This document shows positions 37,171-47,211 of a stretch of DNA of 64,000 nt, piece by piece (position 1 is the first letter of the stretch; every line of letters begins with the position of its first letter). A program made the translations under genes and the position numbers. The notes below the pieces were generated by a model. The model worked only from the letters and a program-made list of their open reading frames with translations, had not been told where the DNA came from and ran no database searches. The DNA is from Candidatus Saccharimonadota bacterium (lineage in GTDB: Bacteria; Patescibacteriota; Saccharimonadia; Saccharimonadales; Saccharimonadaceae): NCBI GenBank assembly GCA_017537745.1, contig JAFYKF010000011.1, forward strand, positions 100,779 to 164,778, given 5' to 3'.

Positions 37171-40100
37171 TTAATCATTTAGCAAAGACTCAACTAAATC
37201 TATCAAGAATTTATACAACTCGTACATATCACCATCTGGATTATCATTATAGTACTTTTCGTACATCTTTACCACATAGCTCTCACTACCAATAGCCTCT
37301 GCTACATAATCACGTGTTGCTTTAAAGAACTCTTCCTGCCCATCTTCATCATCATTATCTCGCATATCATACCACAAATCATCGATATGTGTTGTAAAAT
37401 CTGCAATATCAGCCGATGTGTAAACCGACAAATTCTGCTTGTCTGGCGTCAAATTCGGATCAGCTTCACGTCGCTGTTGCTCTTTTAGCTCTTTTAGCAT
37501 CTTCTTCAGCTGTTCTCTCTGCTGTTCCCTCTTCACTTGTTGCTCAATGCTATTTTGCTTCTCTCGCTGAGAAGGCGACTTAGGAGTTATTGTTTTTTTT
37601 TGAGAATCCTCGTTATCAATAGTCCGGTTTTCTTCGTTTGGAGCATTTGCTGCCAACATATCGTTCACCTCCGAACCACTACTAGCAGCCTCTCTTCTGT
37701 TACGATCGTTAATCCATTCCCTAAGTCCGCTATTGGTATCTAGCAACAACAGCTCGCGAACCCAGTCTTTAGCATTATTGCCCGCACCAGACCGTTTAGA
37801 TTTATCAATCTGCTCAAGTTTACCCAATCTATACAAAATCTCCAACAATTCTTCACGTGCTTCCCGCACCCTAAGTGCCTCTTTAGTCTTTTTCCTCTTC
37901 TCATCTATCTTATCCGGGTCAACCTCACCAAAATCATCATTTTCAATTTCCAACAATTCCTGCTCGTGCATGCCAAATTTTTCAGGATCCAAATTGCCTT
38001 CCTCATCCAAAAGATACGACGCAGACAAATGTTCCAATATTGGTTCCTTGTAATCCGAACGAAGTCCCAAAATCTGCGCCGGGGTTTGGTCCTTCAAATA
38101 CTTTAAAGTTTGTACACGATAAAACTCTTTCAAGCCTTTCTTTGCTTCAGCTTTTTCTTCATCCGAGTAATTTTTGAAGAGTTTCTCATCCTCCCTCGGA
38201 TCATCCCAAATTGGCACCATGTTATATTTACCAGTCGTCTTATCCTGCACTGCTGCAAAACCAGTTTTTGATTTTACCGCGCTCACGATTTGCTCGCTAC
38301 CAGACAAGTATTTCAGATTTGCCGAGATAAATTGTGGACCAGTCGCCTTATCTATTTCTTTGCGTCTCTCCTCATAAGCCTCTATATCAACTTTTCCCTC
38401 AGAATCCGTATATACCTTTCTAAGACTACTGTCATAGTTATCAAACGCTGTTCGTTCAACACCATCCAACGAGGTACCTTCCATTAATATAACGATATCC
38501 TTTTTCGCATGCATTATTGTACCGTCAGGTTCAACATGGTAACCTCTCACATATTCGTCGTAATCAACAGTTTCTTTTTGTCGCTCATTATGATCAAACC
38601 TTCTTGCCGTCTCCAGATTAATATATTTACCAAACCTTCTAAGATAAGGATCATTATCCTTCACGTCAAACATCAAGAAGCTCGCTATCGCCTGCGAAGC
38701 GTGTGTACCAAGCTCCAAACCACCATACTTCGAATCCCAAATATCGTCTAATATATCTTTTACAAAATCCGTATCGCCACGCTGGTTCAACACTTTCAAA
38801 CCAGAAATAATCGTATCGATATTGTCCACCGCCCTAGTCTTAAACGTACCATCAGGATTCATCTCGGTTAATCTTGAAAGTTCCTCAAGCCTATAACGCA
38901 CATCCCTCGTCGGAGGAACTAGCTCAAAATACTTCTGGAATTTATTCTGAATAATCTTATTCTGCGTATCATAAGCATGTGCCGCATATGCCGCCGCATA
39001 CTGGACATCCGCCGCATTGTCATCCATTACTTTGCTTATATCACTATATCTATTCAAGGCATCTTTAAAATCAGTGGTTTCTTGTGATTCAAAATGTCGC
39101 TCATAATCAAGTTTACCTTCTTTGTTGGTTTTATCCCAGTGCAATTTATCCATATGAGCATTCATTGCAGTCTCCATACGTGTATGGTAGCCTTTGGTAT
39201 TATCCAAATCAATCTTCTCAGCACGCGCCTGCTCTTGCTTCATTCTATCAAATGCCCGGACATTTGCTTTATCAAGTTCACTAATTTCCCTCCATTCATT
39301 TGAACCAGCCTCAAGCGCCCAACCAAAACCTCTGTTCATATTCGCTTTATGGCGAATCAACACATTCTGGTATTCTGCATTTCTCGCCTGATCAGCATAG
39401 GCATTCTTACCATCATCATTCAATATACTCTTATCAAAATTCTTATAATGTTTCCTCGCATCATATGCCAAGCCACGATTCTTCACAGTCTCAGCATTTT
39501 CTTTCATTTCCTCTTCGCGATGGATTTTTCTATCATTCAAATACTGCCTCAAATACAGAGATGGAGTATAAACATTATTGGACGCTAAGTGCTTCATCTT
39601 CGTAGACTCACGACGCGACTCCGCCCAGCCTCTTGTCGATGCAAGTGGTTTCGCTGCAAGGCCACGTAGCTTCGTATTGATAGTCCCAAGCACCGTGCCA
39701 CTCATCTTCATTAAGCTCCAAGCAAAGAATAGCGGGAAAACTTGCACCACAAGACCCACAATCAACATAAATCCATCCGACCTCGCAACCGCTGAAGCGA
39801 TAATCGCAAATCCTGCGAGCGACGACGCGCCGAACAACAACGAAAATACTGGATAAAACACCAGCATCCTAATCAATAATTTCTTCCATTTAGTAAACCA
39901 CTCCTCAGTATTTGGTAGCATATACGCCACAATAGCAAGCGGTGAAACCATTATTAGTAGTGCCACTACTGCCTGACGAAGCGCAATTGTTAGCAAACCA
40001 ACCACCACCGCTATAATTGCACCAATTGCAGCTGGTATCGCCATCCAAATTGCACCAGTCTCAAACGCGACAAACCCTCCACCAACAGCCAACATCGTTC

Positions 40101-40821
40101 CACCAGCAAGCGAAGAATATGCATCAGCCATCGTCACATACATCCCTTGACCACTATCTATCGCCATTGTACCAATTGTTGACTCTTCAACTGCAGTAAA
40201 TACACCTCTAAGGCTCGAACCGATTATATTTGACAAATCCACCGCTAACGAACAGATAATAAAACTAAGATTCATCAAAACTGCCGCCACAATCAACTTC
40301 GGCAACACCTTCTTTATGCCATAGTTGGTTATACCAAGACCAGTAATCTGAGAATAGACCACCACCAACAAGAATATAATAAATACTATATTCGTAACCC
40401 CCCGCATATATTTCCAAATCTCATAAATCGGCGAGCCGTCTTTGATTTCAACAGGATTAATAATCAAAAACTCTTCAATTTTGTCATATAACCAATCCAC
40501 TGCCTCTGCAAGTTTGCCAGTTGTTGGACATACTAACCATCCAATTGCACCCAAACTGTTTTCGCACGAAGCTTGTGGCCTAGTAGAAGTTTTTCTCTCC
40601 TCCTTTGCAGGCTCTTCACTCTCTTCCTCACCCTCCTCCGTCTCTTCTGGCTGCTCATCCGACTCCACCTGCTCCTCTTGAACAGTTGCATCATCTTCTC
40701 CGATCGCAGAAACCGGCGTCGAGAATATAGTCGTCATCCCAGCAAACAACATTATAATACCAAAAAGACAACCAAAAATGGTTTTTCCTATCTTATTTTT
40801 TGAAAATCTTTTTACCATCAT
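37171..40821 (-). CDS. giant VirB6/TrbL-like polytopic membrane protein with a ~800-aa C-terminal extension
   Basis: GAIGWLVCP, W...R...N, YGIKK.LPKLIVAAVL.NLS and SPLAIVAY.LP.TE.WF.KW. The likely start is MMVKRF at 40821 (the ORF track starts at 40917). Confidence 0.8.
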   Translation of the reverse strand: MMVKRFSKNKIGKTIFGCLFGIIMLFAGMTTIFSTPVSAIGEDDATVQEEQVESDEQPEETEEGEEESEEPAKEERKTSTRPQASCENSLGAIGWLVCPTTGKLAEAVDWLYDKIEEFLIINPVEIKDGSPIYEIWKYMRGVTNIVFIIFLLVVVYSQITGLGITNYGIKKVLPKLIVAAVLMNLSFIICSLAVDLSNIIGSSLRGVFTAVEESTIGTMAIDSGQGMYVTMADAYSSLAGGTMLAVGGGFVAFETGAIWMAIPAAIGAIIAVVVGLLTIALRQAVVALLIMVSPLAIVAYMLPNTEEWFTKWKKLLIRMLVFYPVFSLLFGASSLAGFAIIASAVARSDGFMLIVGLVVQVFPLFFAWSLMKMSGTVLGTINTKLRGLAAKPLASTRGWAESRRESTKMKHLASNNVYTPSLYLRQYLNDRKIHREEEMKENAETVKNRGLAYDARKHYKNFDKSILNDDGKNAYADQARNAEYQNVLIRHKANMNRGFGWALEAGSNEWREISELDKANVRAFDRMKQEQARAEKIDLDNTKGYHTRMETAMNAHMDKLHWDKTNKEGKLDYERHFESQETTDFKDALNRYSDISKVMDDNAADVQYAAAYAAHAYDTQNKIIQNKFQKYFELVPPTRDVRYRLEELSRLTEMNPDGTFKTRAVDNIDTIISGLKVLNQRGDTDFVKDILDDIWDSKYGGLELGTHASQAIASFLMFDVKDNDPYLRRFGKYINLETARRFDHNERQKETVDYDEYVRGYHVEPDGTIMHAKKDIVILMEGTSLDGVERTAFDNYDSSLRKVYTDSEGKVDIEAYEERRKEIDKATGPQFISANLKYLSGSEQIVSAVKSKTGFAAVQDKTTGKYNMVPIWDDPREDEKLFKNYSDEEKAEAKKGLKEFYRVQTLKYLKDQTPAQILGLRSDYKEPILEHLSASYLLDEEGNLDPEKFGMHEQELLEIENDDFGEVDPDKIDEKRKKTKEALRVREAREELLEILYRLGKLEQIDKSKRSGAGNNAKDWVRELLLLDTNSGLREWINDRNRREAASSGSEVNDMLAANAPNEENRTIDNEDSQKKTITPKSPSQREKQNSIEQQVKREQQREQLKKMLKELKEQQRREADPNLTPDKQNLSVYTSADIADFTTHIDDLWYDMRDNDDEDGQEEFFKATRDYVAEAIGSESYVVKMYEKYYNDNPDGDMYELYKFLIDLVESLLND

Positions 40822-40966
40822 AACATTAGCGTTATAATAAATATTAAAAATTGCCTCCCTTACAAGGCATAATTCGATTATATCACGCATAAGCGGTTTT
40901 GTCAAGAGTAACTTCACTTTTTTTTATATCTATGCTATTATTAAACAAATAACCAATGGAATTATT

Positions 40967-41707
40967 ATGAAAAACAATTTTAAAAAAATAATTGCTACTC
41001 TAATAGTCATCTTGTCGATTGCAGTTGTTATCAATACAACTATTAGCCTTCCAACCAACGCCACGGAAAATGAACTAGGTTCTTGCCGCACTTTTCTCAA
41101 TATCAAATCGTGGGACTGCGAAATTATCCCAAACCCTACTAACCAAGATCAACTTACATCCAACATAGTTATTATTGTCTCCAATATTTTCGAAGGCATT
41201 ACTACTGTCGCCATCTATCTAGTTCTAGGTTTTGTTGTTTATGGGGGCTACCTATATATGTTCTCCTCTGGCGACAGTGGCAAGGCTCTCAATAGCCGCA
41301 AAGTCTTACTCCGTGCCTTCATCGGCTTCGCAATCGTTATGCTTTCTAATATTATCCTAAACTCTATCCGTTTTGCCCTTATCCAGAATGGCTCATTTGC
41401 AGACTTTAGAAATTACGATGCTGAAACCGTTTTCTTCAATGGCATCAATTGGGCCGTTGGTATTTCGGGCGTCGTTTGTGTAATATTCATAATCATCGGA
41501 GCAATCGGTTATATTACGTCCTCCGGTGATTCCCAAAAACTTCAAAAAGCCAAAAATACCCTCCTCTATGCACTCATCGGCCTCGCCATCGTCGCGCTAT
41601 CAGCTGTTATTACCAATTTTGTCTCCAACTTAGTTCAAAATGCCAAAAACGAAGCGGGTTACACCAAACAAATCACCATAGCAAAGGAGCTCCCCTATGA
41701 AAAATAA
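40967..41707 (+). CDS. pilin-like protein with two TrbC/VirB2-type repeats
   Basis: Two copies of GG/GA..Y..S.GD..K....K..LL.A.IG. Confidence 0.8.
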   Translation: MKNNFKKIIATLIVILSIAVVINTTISLPTNATENELGSCRTFLNIKSWDCEIIPNPTNQDQLTSNIVIIVSNIFEGITTVAIYLVLGFVVYGGYLYMFSSGDSGKALNSRKVLLRAFIGFAIVMLSNIILNSIRFALIQNGSFADFRNYDAETVFFNGINWAVGISGVVCVIFIIIGAIGYITSSGDSQKLQKAKNTLLYALIGLAIVALSAVITNFVSNLVQNAKNEAGYTKQITIAKELPYEK

Positions 41708-42083
41708 AATCATCAAACTCACCGCCACAATCATCACCTTAGTCGGCCTTACTGGTATATCCACCCCAGCTTTCGCCGATTGCACAGACCCATGTAATTG
41801 TCCAGGTATTCCAGAAGAAGTCAAAATTGCCTCCGGTTGCAACCCAGGAGAATCCGGCGGCACTATTGATACGGTAATTATTAGTATTCTTAACGGGATC
41901 ATTGGTATTTTAGCTATTGTAGCAGTAGTTGTCATCATTATCGGTGGTGTACAATTAATGACTTCTGCAGGCGATGCAGGAAAGGTTAAAAGAGGCAAGG
42001 ACGCCATCCTTTACGCCTGTATCGGCCTCGTCATCTGCGCCCTCGCCGCTACTATCGTAAATTTTGTCATCAGCAAATTATAA
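41697..42083 (+). CDS. TrbC/VirB2-family pilin
   Basis: Signal peptide, a Cys-containing N-region, and GGVQLMTSAGDAGKVKRGKDAILYACIG. Confidence 0.85.
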   Translation: MKNKIIKLTATIITLVGLTGISTPAFADCTDPCNCPGIPEEVKIASGCNPGESGGTIDTVIISILNGIIGILAIVAVVVIIIGGVQLMTSAGDAGKVKRGKDAILYACIGLVICALAATIVNFVISKL

Positions 42084-42107
42084 TACAACAATCCCTATAT
42101 TTCCCTA

Positions 42108-42136
42108 TTGCATTTTATTTTAAACTGTTATACAAT
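42108..42136 (+). promoter_or_regulatory. dedicated promoter for the third pilin
   Basis: TTGCAT-17 nt-TACAAT. Confidence 0.55.
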
Positions 42137-42166
42137 GTAATCAAATAATACAAAAGGAATAAACGA

Positions 42167-42487
42167 ATGAAAGATATTATTAGAATATTTGCAGACAACG
42201 CCACCAATACTAACAACAAAAACATTGGCAAGCCAGGCAACGTCGGCGGCGGAACTGGCGACATTGAAGGAAGCATTATCGGTATATTAAACGGTGTAAT
42301 TGGCGTCATCTCAGTCGTCTGCGTTGTCGTAATCGTAATTGGTGGCATTCAATACATGACCTCAGCTGGTGATGCCGGCAAAGTTAAAAAAGCTAAAGAC
42401 ACCATTCTCTACGCAGTTATCGGCCTCGTAGTTTGTGCCCTCGCAGCAACCATTGTCAACTTTGTTGTTTCTAAGATTATTGCTTAA
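42167..42487 (+). CDS. TrbC/VirB2-family pilin
   Basis: GGIQYMTSAGDAGKVKKAKDTILYAVIG. Confidence 0.85.
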   Translation: MKDIIRIFADNATNTNNKNIGKPGNVGGGTGDIEGSIIGILNGVIGVISVVCVVVIVIGGIQYMTSAGDAGKVKKAKDTILYAVIGLVVCALAATIVNFVVSKIIA

Positions 42488-42501
42488 AACTGACAAACTT
42501 C

Positions 42502-42526
42502 AAAAGCCCCGCAAAGGGGCTTTTTT
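42502..42526 (+). terminator. intrinsic terminator after the pilin genes
   Basis: AAAAGCCCC-gcaaa-GGGGCTTTTTT. Confidence 0.85.
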
Positions 42527-42613
42527 GTGTAGCCTCGTTAATACCAGAAATTAAAAAGACTACTTCCAACCAAGAAGTAGCCTTCCTCGACCTGAAAAAC
42601 CCCACCCGTAGAT

Positions 42614-43114
42614 TTACTGAATTGCAATTCTCTTCGGTGCTTCTGTTTTTTCTTTTTCAAAGGTAATAGTTAGCACACCATCCTTAAGCTCCGCCTTCAC
42701 GCTATTCTCGTCCTCGCGCACTTGCACAGGAAGAGCAATAGTACGTGAAAACTCACCCCAGTAGCACTCTTGGATATGCCATCTAGTAGTCTGTTCGTCC
42801 TCACCACCAGAGAGCACGCCCGAAATCGTCAAAATATTGTCCGAAATACTTACATCAAGGTCAGACTTTGAGATTCCAGCCGTCCTTGCCTTTACAACTA
42901 ATTTGTCGGCGGTTTCGTAGACATCTACAGCGAGTTGTCCAGGAAAATCGTCGGTTTCACTTGCCCACTCATCTTCTGTCGATTCAGCTGGTTCAGGAAC
43001 AGGCTCTTCCTCTGCAATCACTTCCTTAGGAGTCTCTGTTGCATCAGACTCGTTAAGGAATGCAGCGGCGAGATCATCCTCCATCAGCAAATCGTCACTG
43101 TTTGTACGTGCCAT
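42614..43114 (-). CDS. Hsp20/alpha-crystallin small heat-shock protein
   Basis: LAVDVYET, DLDVSI, ECYWGEFSRTI.LP and LKDGVLTI. Confidence 0.93.
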   Translation of the reverse strand: MARTNSDDLLMEDDLAAAFLNESDATETPKEVIAEEEPVPEPAESTEDEWASETDDFPGQLAVDVYETADKLVVKARTAGISKSDLDVSISDNILTISGVLSGGEDEQTTRWHIQECYWGEFSRTIALPVQVREDENSVKAELKDGVLTITFEKEKTEAPKRIAIQ

Positions 43115-43177
43115 ATTTCCTCCACTTATATTGTTATGCTTTATTATATACCACTTCTATAGTAAAATCAAGAGAAT

Positions 43178-43843
43178 ATGTCTAAAAAAATAAAAAGCAC
43201 AACATTCCCAGGCCTTTTAGACCTCATTGCGCCACATTCCTGTAGGGGTTGTGGCAGGCTTGGAGACGTATTATGTAGTTGTTGTAAAAATTACATTGTA
43301 AACAGTAATATTTACAACAATCATCCGAATAGCAAAAATCTTCCACCTTTTTATACTATAGGCAACCGCGATAGCCTTCTAGCCAAACTCATCTACGATT
43401 ATAAGTATAATTCGACTCGCGCCATCGGCATCAAACTGGCCGAGCTCATCAATGAAAAACTCCCCAAAAATCTCCCGTCGAACACTTGTATCGTTCCGCT
43501 CCCAACATCCACCAAGCACATTCGCGAACGCGGTTTTGATCATACTCTTTTTGTGGCTCGTCACCTTGCAAAATTAAACCATAATTTTAAAGTTAACCAA
43601 CTTTTAATTCGAGAAAAAAATACCGTCCAAGTTGGCTCCAACCGAAAAACCCGCCTTCTCCAAGCAGAACAAGCCTTCAAGGTTAAGGAAAGCGCGCAAA
43701 TTAATAAAAATGCAACCTATCTTCTTCTAGATGACGTCTGGACCACAGGAGCTAGCATGCTCACCGCCGTAAAAAAACTTCGCGCTGTTGGCGCGAAGCA
43801 TATTATAATTGCTGAACTAAGTGTAAGTACACTAGACAACTAA
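43178..43843 (+). CDS. comF: ComF family phosphoribosyltransferase-like protein
   Basis: CRGC..C zinc finger, RGFDH and LLDDVWTTGAS. Confidence 0.85.
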   Translation: MSKKIKSTTFPGLLDLIAPHSCRGCGRLGDVLCSCCKNYIVNSNIYNNHPNSKNLPPFYTIGNRDSLLAKLIYDYKYNSTRAIGIKLAELINEKLPKNLPSNTCIVPLPTSTKHIRERGFDHTLFVARHLAKLNHNFKVNQLLIREKNTVQVGSNRKTRLLQAEQAFKVKESAQINKNATYLLLDDVWTTGASMLTAVKKLRAVGAKHIIIAELSVSTLDN

Positions 43844-44232
43844 GCCGTATTTTGCGAGCTCGGTAACGCCGCAATCACGAAATTGACAATCGCATAAGCG
43901 AGGAAACAAATAATTAAACCAATAATCGCATAAAGAATCGTGTTCTTTGCATCTGTCACCTTCTTAGAGTCACCACCAGAAACCACATACCTGATACCAC
44001 CGATGATCAGCATTATCACTGCAAGAACGCCCACGATATAAAGCACTGTGTTTGTTATCGTCTTAAACACCCCACGGTCACCAAAGAGATCCTCAGGACA
44101 GCCATCACATTGAACCGCCTCTAAATCAGGACGATAAGCAACTGCCGCAACATTTGCAGTGCTAACAATTCCCGCAACTATTACTATTCCACACACCAAA
44201 ACTGGCAAAATCAATCTAATAATATTTTTCAT
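43840..44232 (-). CDS. TrbC/VirB2-family pilin (fourth locus)
   Basis: IIGGIRYVVSGGDSKKVTDAKNTILYAIIG; the ATG at 44232 lies 6 nt after TGCTATAAT. Confidence 0.85.
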   Translation of the reverse strand: MKNIIRLILPVLVCGIVIVAGIVSTANVAAVAYRPDLEAVQCDGCPEDLFGDRGVFKTITNTVLYIVGVLAVIMLIIGGIRYVVSGGDSKKVTDAKNTILYAIIGLIICFLAYAIVNFVIAALPSSQNTA

Positions 44233-44300
44233 ACCCACATTATAGCACACTCCCCGAAAATAATAAAGCACTTGCTTTATAAATAAGCATCGCTCCACTT

Positions 44301-45710
44301 TTATTGGTGTTCTTTACTGGCATTCACATTCCAAATATTATCTTTTTCCGCACTACCAGACAAAATATTTTTTACCGCCTCAATAGCTGCCATCATCGAA
44401 TGATCCATATTGTTATAACGATGTTGACCATTTCTACCCACCAAAAAGAGGTTTGGTATTTTGTCTAAATAACGCCTCAATTCATCAATCTGAGGATATG
44501 AACCAAAATATGCAGGATACGCCTTCTTCTCTCTCTCAATATGGAAATCTAAAATCTTTTCATTATCATCAATCAATTTGATTTTCTTTAGCTCAAGAAT
44601 CGCCATTTCTGCAAACTTTTTATCATTCATCCTCCACAACTCATCCCCCTCATTGCAAAAATATTCTAATCCCAACCAAACAGTGTGTTCTGCATCTCTC
44701 ACGAGAGAAGGCGACCAATTGTTATAAATCTGCACTCTTCCCATTTTTACATTTTTATCATGAATATAAATCCAATCATCTGGCACCGCATTCACCAGCT
44801 TCGACACCAAAACACCGATTATCATATAATCACGATAAGGCAATTCTTTAGCAATTTTAAGATATTTTCGTGGCACATCATCCATTGCCATCACTAAATC
44901 TTTCATCGGCATCGAAGAAAGCACATAATCACTTTTTAGCAAGCACTTCTTTTCGCCTAACATGTATACAACGCTCTTTACTTCATTCTTTTTACCGCGT
45001 TTTATTCCGACAACCTCAGCTCCTAAAACTATCTTCCCACCCATATCTCTAACTTTATTAGCCACAGTCTCCCACATTTGGCCAGGACCCAACTCTGGAT
45101 ACAAAAATACATCTTTTTTCTTATCTTCCACCGCTGAGTCACCAATAATCATATCCTTTAATAAACCTATTACAGAAATCTTATCATTCACCCTCTGCAT
45201 TCCATACTCCGGCGAAATATCTCTCGGATGTCTCCCCCATAAATTTTCAGTGTAATTCTCAAAAAACATCTGATACATTTTTTTACCAAACTGTTTTATA
45301 TAATAATCTTCCAGGGATTCCACTCGGCGTTTTAAAATCTTACTTTTTAAAAAACTACCGCATACGACAAATGTAGTGCCAATACCCATATTTTTGATAG
45401 TTTCCATTCTTAGCTTTACCGGATAATCGTAAAACTTTTGATTAAAATAAATCCGCGACAACCTTTCTTGCTCCAACACCGTTGGTAACATCTCTTTCCA
45501 CCAATTATTAATCTCAGGCACATCCGTCAAAAACCTATGGCCACCCACATCCATTATATTTCCATTGCAATCAACACTACGCGCAATCCCACCGACCTTT
45601 TTGGCTTTCTCTAGAATCACCACCTCGTAATCATCTGATCGGCTTAATAGTTCATAAGCCGCCGTTAGCCCTGCTGGGCCCGCACCAATTATTACTACTC
45701 TTTTAGCCAT
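44301..45710 (-). CDS. FAD-dependent oxidoreductase (HemY / UDP-galactopyranose-mutase-like, glycan-associated family)
   Basis: GAGPAGLTAA, DVGGHRF, YPELGPGQMWE and GRNGQHRYNNMDHSM. Confidence 0.85.
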   Translation of the reverse strand: MAKRVVIIGAGPAGLTAAYELLSRSDDYEVVILEKAKKVGGIARSVDCNGNIMDVGGHRFLTDVPEINNWWKEMLPTVLEQERLSRIYFNQKFYDYPVKLRMETIKNMGIGTTFVVCGSFLKSKILKRRVESLEDYYIKQFGKKMYQMFFENYTENLWGRHPRDISPEYGMQRVNDKISVIGLLKDMIIGDSAVEDKKKDVFLYPELGPGQMWETVANKVRDMGGKIVLGAEVVGIKRGKKNEVKSVVYMLGEKKCLLKSDYVLSSMPMKDLVMAMDDVPRKYLKIAKELPYRDYMIIGVLVSKLVNAVPDDWIYIHDKNVKMGRVQIYNNWSPSLVRDAEHTVWLGLEYFCNEGDELWRMNDKKFAEMAILELKKIKLIDDNEKILDFHIEREKKAYPAYFGSYPQIDELRRYLDKIPNLFLVGRNGQHRYNNMDHSMMAAIEAVKNILSGSAEKDNIWNVNASKEHQ

Positions 45711-47193
45711 TCAGTACCCGCTTATATAGTTTTACGCAAGCTTCACTATCGCTAAAAATCTCCGTATATTTATCATCCGTTAGGCTATAAAACGGATCGT
45801 CTTCCCCCTCCACCAACAAATAATCAAAACCATACTTATCCAAAAATTCTTTTTTGTCTATTTTACCGTTCGAAAAATCAATCCATTCATATAAAATATC
45901 TTCTTTTCCATTATTTGCCTTCAGGAACACTTCGCCCCTCGCATCCAAATAGGTCCTGTAGCCTCTAAGCTCAGCATATCCACCATAATTATACCCCGAA
46001 TAAACCTTTAAGCTTTTCTTATCCACCCCTTCTTCAAGACTAGCATCCATGCTGTCCACTGCAAGAATCAACGCTTCATCGTCTGGATAATTCTTTATCC
46101 TAGACATCGCCAAAACAAACACAGCAAAGAAACAACAAGTTGCAATTATTCCAGTCCAAAGCAAAAACACGTTCCGTATCTTTTTTGCTTCTATAACCCT
46201 ACTTAAATCAACATTACTATACATCGCTACAAGCGGCAAAAACATCACAAGAATATACTGACTCATTCCCTTTACCGAATTAAGCCCTAAAGCCAGAAAA
46301 CCAAAGGACATCAGAATATACCTCATTTTTACACCCCTTTTATTACCAAAAATTTGCAAAACAATCGTAACCACAATTGCGCCATAAAGTAAGACATTAC
46401 TCAAATTTCTCAAGTCAAACGGATGTAACTCAGATACCAACTCCATAAATCTACTATCGCCATAACTTGAAAGCATCAAAAACATCATCTTTATTCCATA
46501 CGGATTTATCAAGCCCGCAACCAACATTAAAACCCCCATGATTATGATTGGCTTGATCTTATACCCCTGCAAATGTAACCTCGGCGCATTAATTCCATCA
46601 ATTATATAAATCAACGTCACAACTATCAGCATCGGCCATAACGAAGCATGCAAGTTCACTTGCAATAATGATAGTACCGGTAACCACCATAGGTATTTCT
46701 TTTTATCAGTTTTTGTATACAATTCCAAAACATATATTAGCCCAAGAAACAATACATAACTTACCATTTGGGCCCTTGTCACTACAAACAATAAAGCCAA
46801 TACCACATCAGTCGCCAACGCAATAATAAGCGATAGATTCACATTTTTATTACTTATGGTCATGCATATTTTATATAATAAGAAACAAACCAGCATATTC
46901 AGAATCAACATAATAATATAAATACCAGACGCCCCAAAAATACTAAAAATCCAATAAAAAATTACCGCAAAACCATAGTTTTGCACAGTAACATTCAGCC
47001 CTTCATGCATCGATAATTGGTCGGTATAATATATTCCGTTCTCTGAAATTTCTTTTCCTTCAGCCAACACATACCAAGAATCTGAATCAAGCTGATTGGT
47101 CATAATCATCACAAAAACTAATGGCACCAAAAAAACAATCAAATATTTCAAATTCGTCATCTTAAAAATCTTTTTCATACGACTCAAAATCAT
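45703..47193 (-). CDS. polytopic membrane protein, GT-C glycosyltransferase-like
   Basis: D.WY.LA.G, NLHAS, NPYG and a C-terminal ..D.RGEVF; about 12 TM segments. Confidence 0.65.
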   Translation of the reverse strand: MILSRMKKIFKMTNLKYLIVFLVPLVFVMIMTNQLDSDSWYVLAEGKEISENGIYYTDQLSMHEGLNVTVQNYGFAVIFYWIFSIFGASGIYIIMLILNMLVCFLLYKICMTISNKNVNLSLIIALATDVVLALLFVVTRAQMVSYVLFLGLIYVLELYTKTDKKKYLWWLPVLSLLQVNLHASLWPMLIVVTLIYIIDGINAPRLHLQGYKIKPIIIMGVLMLVAGLINPYGIKMMFLMLSSYGDSRFMELVSELHPFDLRNLSNVLLYGAIVVTIVLQIFGNKRGVKMRYILMSFGFLALGLNSVKGMSQYILVMFLPLVAMYSNVDLSRVIEAKKIRNVFLLWTGIIATCCFFAVFVLAMSRIKNYPDDEALILAVDSMDASLEEGVDKKSLKVYSGYNYGGYAELRGYRTYLDARGEVFLKANNGKEDILYEWIDFSNGKIDKKEFLDKYGFDYLLVEGEDDPFYSLTDDKYTEIFSDSEACVKLYKRVLNG

Positions 47194-47211
47194 TGTAAAA
47201 ACAAATCAAAA

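Noticed and set aside
30626-42487. Conjugative ICE or plasmid
   Set aside because: No relaxase, coupling protein, integrase or att boundaries are visible. The genes are interleaved with dnaJ, hsp20 and comF, as expected for the chromosomal Saccharibacteria T4SS.
41697-42487. Pilin antigenic variation by gene conversion
   Set aside because: The conserved C-terminal regions differ at many synonymous positions, so there is no sign of recent homogenisation.
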